The position numbers and the translations under genes are program-made. Source: Christensenellales bacterium (GTDB taxonomy: Bacteria; Bacillota; Clostridia; Christensenellales; SZUA-584). Taken from it: DNA of 36,406 bases. Position 1 is the first letter of the stretch; every line of letters begins with the position of its first letter. The notes beneath the pieces are model-generated. The model searched no databases and had not been told where the DNA came from. It worked only from the letters and a program-made list of their open reading frames with translations. Shown here piece by piece: positions 33,965 to 36,406 of this stretch. The DNA lies in NCBI GenBank assembly GCA_050943225.1, contig JBMNOT010000001.1:1-36406 (forward strand), written 5' to 3'.

Positions 33965-35116
33965 TTAAACGCCAGCGCGTACGCTGCTGACCTGTTTGCC
34001 ACCCTGCATCTCGATAACGACGAGAGCCTTGATCGCGTTGTGGTCTTCGCCGACGCTGAACGTACCGGTGACGCCTTCGAAGTCTTTCGTTGCCTTAAGG
34101 GCATCCTTAACAGCTTCTCCCGTGAGCTGAGACGCGCGGCTAATACCGTCGCAGGTGAACTTGCCAAGGTCATAACCAAGCGCGTTGAATGCGTTAGGCT
34201 CCACACCGTATTCATCTTTGAACTCCTTAATGAAATCCTGGACGATCGGGCTTTCATCCAAAGACGAATAGTGGTTAGAGAAGTAGATGTCGTTTGCCGC
34301 GTCTGCGCCCGCCAGTTCAGCCAGCTTCGGGGAATCAAAGCCGTCAGCGCCGAGCACCGGTACGGTAATGCCAAGCGCGCGGGCCTGCTTAACGATCAGA
34401 CCGGCTTCCTCATAGTAACCGGGGACAAAGAGCACGTCAAAGTCCATGTCCTTCATCTTGGTCAGAACCGCGTTAAAGTCGGTATCGCCCGCAACATATG
34501 CTTCCTGAGACACAATCGTGCCGCCGCCCTCAGTAAAGGCAGCCGTAAAACTTTCGGCCAGGCCCTTGCTGTAGTCGTTGGAGCTGTCCATCAGGATAAC
34601 CGCTTTGGTCTTGGAGAGGTTCTTTAAAGCGAAGTTTGCCATCGCGGTACCCTGATAAGAGTCATTGAAGCAAATACGGAATGCGTATTCCTTTACACCC
34701 GAAGCGTCAAATGTCACGTCGTCAGCTGTTGCCGATCCGGAAATGACGGGAACCTTGTTCTGGATGGCAACAGGGATCTCGGCCTTAAACGCGCCGGATG
34801 TTGCCGGGCCCATAATCGCCAGAACCTTGTCGCTGGTCATCAGCTTGGTCGCCAGCGTGGTGGCTTCCGCCGCATCCGATTTGTTGTCGTATTTGATAAC
34901 ATCAACCTTCTTGCCGTCAATGCCGCCGGCCTCGTTGATCTGCTTGATTGCAAGTTCGATACCCTTTACGGAATCCTGGCCATAGGTCGCCACAGCGCCA
35001 GAAAGCTCCATATTGATGCCAATTTTAATCGTATCAGCAGTTTTTTGCCCGCCACAGGCAGTAAATAATGACACCACCATCAGAATTGCAAAAATAGTGA
35101 CAATTATTCTCCTCAT
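33965..35116 (-). CDS. livJ: Branched-chain amino acid ABC transporter substrate-binding lipoprotein
   Basis: A signal peptide ends in LFTACGG. The type-I periplasmic binding fold is LivJ/LivK-like (IKIGINMELSGAVATYG...). ATG 35116 has GGAGGG 8 nt upstream. Confidence 0.9.
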   Translation of the reverse strand: MRRIIVTIFAILMVVSLFTACGGQKTADTIKIGINMELSGAVATYGQDSVKGIELAIKQINEAGGIDGKKVDVIKYDNKSDAAEATTLATKLMTSDKVLAIMGPATSGAFKAEIPVAIQNKVPVISGSATADDVTFDASGVKEYAFRICFNDSYQGTAMANFALKNLSKTKAVILMDSSNDYSKGLAESFTAAFTEGGGTIVSQEAYVAGDTDFNAVLTKMKDMDFDVLFVPGYYEEAGLIVKQARALGITVPVLGADGFDSPKLAELAGADAANDIYFSNHYSSLDESPIVQDFIKEFKDEYGVEPNAFNALGYDLGKFTCDGISRASQLTGEAVKDALKATKDFEGVTGTFSVGEDHNAIKALVVIEMQGGKQVSSVRAGV

Positions 35117-35160
35117 CAATCTTTCCCTCCCTCATTTTAATGGGCTAAATTAATGCTATA

Positions 35161-35189
35161 ATAATATTCGCAAATAGAATTGATGTCAA
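35161..35189 (-). promoter_or_regulatory. Putative sigma-A promoter for livJ
   Basis: The minus strand reads TTGACA-17 nt-TATTAT, about 45 nt upstream of the livJ ATG. Confidence 0.55.
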
Positions 35190-35237
35190 GGATAAAAAGC
35201 CTGTTGCTGCAATATGCCTATGTTAAATATTCACCAC

Positions 35238-35263
35238 GACAAAAACACCATGCCGCGGGTGTC
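35238..35263 (-). terminator. Rho-independent terminator after the amidase gene
   Basis: Minus-strand RNA is GACACC-8 nt-GGUGUU followed by UUUGU, starting 7 nt after the stop codon. Confidence 0.55.
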
Positions 35264-35269
35264 CATAGC

Positions 35270-36295
35270 TCACTTGAAGCAGGCGAGAAAACCTTCTGTA
35301 AGACCCTGAACGATTTTTTTCTGGTAGGTTTCAGTGACGAGCTGGGAATCTTCAGTTTTATTGGTCATATGCCCCATTTCAAACGTGCAGACTGGCACTT
35401 CCGACCAGCCAAATCCGGTCTGGTCGGACCGAAACTTAATGCCAAGGCTTTTGGCTCCGGTGGAACTCTGCGCAGCCTGCAAAAGAGTTCCTGCCAGTGC
35501 GACGCTTCGTTCCTGCACGCCCGGGTCGTCTGCTGCCAAACTGCCCACAGCGGGCACCAGCATGAACATGCCGCGGGCTTCCGGATTGTCGTTGCCGTTG
35601 GCATGAATGCGCAGCCAGCAATCGACATTCGCTCTGTTCATCATCATGGCGCGTTCCGCGTTGGATATATCGACGTCGTGCGTTTCACGGGTCATCACAA
35701 CCTGAGCGCCCAGCGATTCCAGCGCCTTTTTGAGCTTCAGGCTTACCTGCAGGTTAACGACGTACTCGGGCACGCCCGTATAACGCCCCGCAGTGCCGGA
35801 GGATACCTTTTTCTTCATTTGGCTGCCGCCCGGCCTATCGGGCTCGAGATCGCTGTTGCCCGTGCGCTGATGGCCCGGGTCCAGCCCGATAACCACTCCT
35901 TTCAGCGGCTGTTCAGCCTGACTGATGCACGTCATGGCCTCATCGTACAGGGATTTCAGCGCATCAATCGTTGCTTTATCGGCTACGCCGTTTGCGTCCA
36001 GACTCGCATACAGCTGAAAGTTCCGGACCGCTTTTTCCAGCTGCGAGCCAAAGATGCCGTCAATATCGCCCGGGTCAAAGCCCAGCCCCGCCAGCATGCT
36101 TTGCAGCAGCATAATATCCTCCGCCCTGTCGCCGGCCTTGTCGACCGGTTGGTATGGCGTAGGCGAAAGGCTTGGAAGCGGCTGCACAGGTGCAGCAGAT
36201 AATACGGCGCCGGATACTTCCGCACCCGGCGCTATGTTTTCCCTCCCGCAGGCACAAAAAGAAGCCAGAACAAGCATCAGCCCCGCCAGCAGCAT
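35270..36295 (-). CDS. N-acetylmuramoyl-L-alanine amidase (Amidase_3) with N-terminal peptidoglycan-binding domain; probable lipoprotein
   Basis: The signal peptide contains Cys (LASFCACG). A PG_binding_1 repeat is present (LQSMLAGLGFDPGDIDGIFGSQLEKAVRNFQ). The Amidase_3 core follows (IGLDPGH..., RIHANG..., FEMGHMTN). Confidence 0.85.
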   Translation of the reverse strand: MLLAGLMLVLASFCACGRENIAPGAEVSGAVLSAAPVQPLPSLSPTPYQPVDKAGDRAEDIMLLQSMLAGLGFDPGDIDGIFGSQLEKAVRNFQLYASLDANGVADKATIDALKSLYDEAMTCISQAEQPLKGVVIGLDPGHQRTGNSDLEPDRPGGSQMKKKVSSGTAGRYTGVPEYVVNLQVSLKLKKALESLGAQVVMTRETHDVDISNAERAMMMNRANVDCWLRIHANGNDNPEARGMFMLVPAVGSLAADDPGVQERSVALAGTLLQAAQSSTGAKSLGIKFRSDQTGFGWSEVPVCTFEMGHMTNKTEDSQLVTETYQKKIVQGLTEGFLACFK

Positions 36296-36354
36296 TAAAC
36301 CACGCTGGACACGCTGGCAAAATTTTATATGCCCATGTGTATTTAGGCTGGTAT

Positions 36355-36406
36355 TCAGTCGAGCACCACCAGCTTTGCTTTTACGCGGTCCATTGCATTG
36401 AGCGCC
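36355..36406 (-). CDS. 3' end of an unidentified gene running off the right edge
   Basis: The minus-strand frame reads ...ALNAMDRVKAKLVVLD then TGA at 36355-36357. It is too short to identify. Confidence 0.3.
   Translation of the reverse strand, partial: ALNAMDRVKAKLVVLD

Noticed and set aside
35180-36202. A 340-aa plus-strand ORF opposite the amidase gene.
   Set aside because: It is an antisense shadow. The minus-strand frame has clear signal peptide, PG-binding and Amidase_3 motifs.
1-36406. A scan for CRISPR arrays, tRNA/rRNA genes, transposases or integrases, phage genes and long direct repeats.
   Set aside because: Nothing recognisable was found by eye. All large ORFs are accounted for by chromosomal genes, and the intergenic regions are short (mostly under 220 nt).

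Overview
The window looks like a chromosomal core segment of a fairly GC-rich, spore-forming Firmicute, probably Clostridia. The clues are ytfJ/ytfI-like sporulation genes and an IspH-S1 fusion. All family names below come from reading the translated ORFs and motifs; no database search was run. About 40 genes are tightly packed, mostly on the minus strand, in Bacillus/Clostridium-type syntenic blocks. In coordinate order these are: rluB'-dacB-ytfJ-ytfI-scpB-scpA-M50 protease; zapA; T-box-controlled pheST; a TrmH-family methyltransferase; an orphan family-5 solute-binding lipoprotein; an SLT transglycosylase; coaE; polA; ispH/rpsA fusion-plsC-cmk-hutP-like; a GIY-YIG (YhbQ-like) gene and degV; nadD-yqeK-rsfS (plus strand); an NlpC/P60 hydrolase; a branched-chain amino-acid ABC operon (livJ, livHMGF) with a CBS-ACT gene attached; mscL; an MFS exporter; and a MurNAc-L-Ala amidase. 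No rRNA, tRNA, CRISPR array, IS element or prophage gene was recognised. The least ordinary stretch is about 23.8-27.8 kb. It holds a conserved TIM-barrel protein of unknown function and a translationally coupled pair (a 159-aa unknown plus a small GIY-YIG-like gene with a disrupted 5' end). Across overlapping divergent promoters lies a translationally coupled operon: an internally duplicated DUF1538-type membrane protein plus a tandem-PII-like protein. This last pair is my best candidate for an uncharacterised PII-gated transport or signalling system. Promoter and terminator calls rest on motifs read by eye and are lower confidence.
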